A DNA stretch of 64,000 nt from Emiliania huxleyi CCMP1516 (Eukaryota), in assembly GCF_000372725.1 (NCBI RefSeq), contig NW_005201391.1:50736-114735 (forward strand), written 5' to 3'. The notes under the pieces are model-generated. The model was not told the DNA's origin. It saw nothing but the letters and a program-made list of their open reading frames with translations, and made no database searches. This document shows, in pieces, positions 60,503 through 64,000 of this stretch (position 1 is its first letter; each line of letters opens with the position of its first letter). Made by a program: the position numbers and the translations under genes.

Positions 60503-62351
60503 ATGATCGGTCTGCTCCTACTCCTCACCAGTGCCGACGCAACCTCTAATGCGACGGACGCGCACCACAACCACGTCCTCCGCTCGCTGCTGCAGGAGAT
60601 GTCGGCCGGCGCCTCGCAGCACGCCTCTATCCCGATCCACGCCGCTGCGGTCAGGGGCGACGTGCTGGCTCTCACCAGACTCCTGGAGGCCGATGTCGAT
60701 CCCAACTCAATCGAGGGCGAGAGTGGCTTCGCTCCGCTCCACTCAGCAGCCTTCGCCGGCCACGTCGAGGTCAGCAGGGTGCTTCTCAAATACGGGGCTG
60801 AGGTCAATGCCGCGACGGAAATGCTGGTGACGCCCTTGCAGGTGGCCTCCGTTCACGGCCACGCCGAGCTCGTCCAATTTTTCCTCGACAGTCGAGCCGA
60901 CGCCGACCGCCAGGACCTCAACGGCGCGACGGCCTTGCACAGCGCTTCGCTGAGAGGCCACGCTCAAGTGGCGAAGCTGCTCCTCGCCCGCAGTGCCTCC
61001 GTCGGTGTCGCCACCGCCTCTGATGGTTGCACGGCGCTGCACTACGCGGCCCAAGGCGGGCACGTTTCTACGGCAGAGGTGCTGCTGCGCCATGGGGCGG
61101 AGCCGGACACGCACAACCTCGTCGGCGCCACGCCTCTGCATCTGGCCGCGGCGGCCGGACATGCGCCGACGGTGCTCGTCCTTCTCGAGCATGGCGCCTC
61201 ATCCGACGGGCGCGACAGCCTAGGTGCGACGCCGCTGCACAACGCCGCGCTCGCCGGCCACCGCGATGTGGCGAGGCGCCTCCTCGAGTTCGGCGCGTCG
61301 GTGAGCGCCGAAAATGTGCAGGCGGCGACGCCGCTCCACGCCGCCGTCCTCCAAGGCCACCCCTCCCTCTTGACCTTGCTATGCGAGCACGGCGCGAGCC
61401 TGGAGAGCCTCTGGCGCTCCTCGGACCAGCAGACCGCCGCAGGGGTGGAGCCGGTCACCGCATCCACGCCGCTCATGCTGGCTGCGAGGCGCGGCGACGT
61501 GGAGCTGGCGTCCCTGCTCCTCCAATGCGGAGCACGAGTGGGCTCGGCGGGAGGCCACGGAGTGACGGCGCTGCACCTCGCCGCCAACGGTGGGGAGACG
61601 AACATCGCCTCGGTCCTGGCGGCGCAGCTGGACGACCCGGACTTGCGCACCTCCAACGGGCAGACGCCGCTGCACTTTGCGGCTTCGGCCGGGAGGGTGG
61701 AGGTGAGCTGGCTGCTGCTGCATCGTGGCGCGGATGCGGCGGCGCGCGACGCGTCCGGGAGGACGCCGCGCATGCTCTCCGAGGAGGCGGGGCAGCGCGG
61801 CTGGGAGGCAGCATTTGAACCCTAGTTTCTCTCTTATCCACACTGTCCGGCCCTGAGCTTGACTCGGAGGTCGCACGCAGGTGGCGATGCTGGAGGCGGA
61901 GGCGAGTGCGCGAGTGCCGCTCGGGGTGCAGGCTGCGCACGACCCGTGCTTGCTCCGACGCCGACGTCGGGCGATCGAGCTGCTCGGCGAGGTAGCGGCT
62001 GGTGCCGGGGGCGCGCAGGCCGACGGCGGGGCTGGCACGGAGGAGGTCGCGGCGTTGCGGAGGAGCTCGCTCGCTCGGATCGAGAGCGCGAGGCGGCTCA
62101 GTCCGGCTCTGCTGCAGCTGCTCATGGAGTGCGGCGCGTGCGAGCAGGCGCTGTCTTTCGTCGAGAATGATGTGCTCGACGTGCAGACGCTGCGGCTGCT
62201 GGAGTTGCGCGCGCTGCTCGACGTGGGGGTCAGGCTCGGGCAGGCGGCACGGCTGCTTGCCGCCGCGGCCACAGCGCCGCACCCGCACCCAGCAGATGCC
62301 CCACACCGAGCCGCCTCCCCCTATCGCGCAGCGGGGAAGGAGGAGGTGTAG
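60503..62351 (+). CDS. Ankyrin-repeat protein (~11 repeats) with signal-like leader and probable SAM-like last exon
   Basis: MIGLLLLLTSADA leader; TPLH-type repeats; acceptor CGCAG at 61880 precedes FVENDVLDVQTLRLLELRALLDVGVRLGQAARLL. Confidence 0.75.
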
Positions 62352-62564
62352 TGGCTGCGCTGGTGGTGGTCTTGTGAAGGCGTTCAATGCCGGGGCTATT
62401 TGCGCTTAGTTAATGAAAGTGCCCGAGATCACGTCGAAAGTGCCTTAGAAGAGGTTTCAATATCTCCCGGTCCCAGCTCCGCTCAGTATCGTCGGGAGAC
62501 GGGAGCTAGAACTTGGCCCAAATCACCGCGGGGACGCACGACTCAATTACGGTAGCCCGGTGGG

Positions 62565-63382
62565 ATGGGGCCGCCGGGCGCCGGGCTCGAAACCTGCGTC
62601 CAGCGCTGCCTCAGCGTGTGCGCGCGTGCAGCGCCGCCGACAGCATCCGTCGGGACGAGCCCTCGCACCGAGCTCAGCCATGACCCTGCGGTTAGCATCA
62701 AAGCGGTGTCTTTCCTCGTTAAGCTCAAGGCTCTGCCCATGTTGAACCTGCAGGTCCGAGGCCAATCTCGGGCAAAATCGGGCAATCCCGAATGATTGAT
62801 TTCGGGTGATGCCCCTCGACCCCTTGCACCACAGGCTTTCATGGGGGAGCCTGGCCAGCGCTTCAAGATGTGGAGAGAGCTGGAGCGCTCGCGCGTGCAG
62901 GAGCCACTACTTGCGCATTGCTCCCGATACACGGGCTTCTAGCACACTTACAGCGCACCCCTGCGCACCGCCCGCAGGATAAGGCGCTCCGGCACGGTGG
63001 CCTTTTGCACCTCCGCAGAGGCTTCGAGTTGCCCCGTCAATTGACTCTGGAGGAGGACTCGCTGAGCTACGTCCACGTATCCGATGGTGGTGGGGTGGAA
63101 AAGGAGGGGGTGGTACCCAGCGTGATCCACTTTGACGACGTCCACCGCGTCGCAGCGATGCCTCCGGAGCCCATCATGCACATCGACGGTCGCACTGGCG
63201 AGCGGCGTGTGATTGGCAAAAAGCCGTCGAAGCGATGGAAGATCATGATGAAGGACGCGTCGGAGCCGGCATACGAGTTTGTGGCTTCCACGACGGAGGC
63301 GCGCGACGCATGGGTCTACTGCGTGCGAACCAATTTAAACGCGCACAACCGGCGCGCGCTGTCCACTGCCCTCGCACGCTAG
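62565..63382 (+). CDS. PH-domain protein, multi-exon
   Basis: LRHGGLLHL..LTLEEDSLSY..IHFDDV..YEFVASTTEARDAWVYCVR; 5' exons inferred. Confidence 0.65.
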
Positions 63383-63889
63383 ACGGGTCTGTCGTCTCAC
63401 CGCGCGGGTTGTCTAGGCGGCACGGGCTGGACATGATGCTAACCTCCCCCGCTCTCCGTGAGCTTGAGAGCAAGTTCGTGCTATCCGACCTCGCTGACGA
63501 TGCGACGCTCATCCCCCTCCATACGCTCGACAAAGTGAACGAGGAATCTGAGTATGACGAGGCCGAGGGAGCATGAAGCAGCCAGGCGCGGGAGGCGAGC
63601 CGCTCGCCCGACGCGACACGCGCGCTCCGGCTCGGCGTGCTGCCCTGTGGAAGCCGTGTGCGCGTACCCGCTTTTCATGGACGCTTTGATTGATACTCTA
63701 GTTTGTTTGTTGTTTGTGCCTGTCGTGGCCGTACTCATGAGGGTCCCCTATCGTTAACACCGTGTCGCTGCGCACACGTCTGTCTGCATGTACTCGCTGG
63801 TGTCATTGGCTGATGTGGAGCTGCGCTCTGTTTGTCCCAACCGGTTCGTTTTGGCCTTTCTTTGCCCTCCGACGTTTCCGTTGCCAGTG

Positions 63890-63967
63890 AGTTGGAGCAC
63901 TTGGAGCACTTGGAGTGCAGTCATTAACCTCACGCCCAGGACCGGGGAGCTGAGAAGCGCACCCAGT
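63890..63967 (-). mobile_element. Retroposon 3' end with (CTCCAAGTG)n tail, homologous to ~11293-11376
   Basis: gagcacttggagtgcagtca..cccagg.ccggggagct..gaagcgcacccag occurs at both sites. Confidence 0.65.
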
Positions 63968-64000
63968 GTGTGGAGAAGTTTACCTTCCCTTGCCTTACCT

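Overview
GC-rich eukaryotic nuclear DNA with many short introns. Many introns appear to be GC-AG and are filled with simple repeats; this style suggests a haptophyte of the Emiliania/Gephyrocapsa huxleyi type (inference). Recognisable genes: an atypical cytochrome P450 with a Cys-rich N-terminus, GT31-like and GT77-like glycosyltransferases, a J-domain protein, a YeeZ-like SDR, an amidase, an F-box/NHL gene, a histidyl-tRNA synthetase fused to a degenerate NDK domain, a methyltransferase/CmcJ-like chimera, holocytochrome c synthase, a Zn2Cys6 factor, an SLC17/PHT4-like MFS transporter, a thaumatin-like protein, a GH43-like hydrolase, several ankyrin genes and a PH-domain gene. The window is heavily rearranged. 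It holds a ~2.1 kb inverted duplication of a secreted repeat-protein gene, two non-autonomous elements with clear target-site duplications (TSDs), several truncated non-LTR retroposons with TSDs, tandem gene duplicates and an AT-rich satellite. The best candidates for something new are the pseudo-NDK::HisRS fusion, the P450 lacking the oxygen-activation motif, the hairpin-ended TG..CA element and the duplicated RxL-motif secreted protein. All family calls come from motif recognition by eye, and exon boundaries are approximate.
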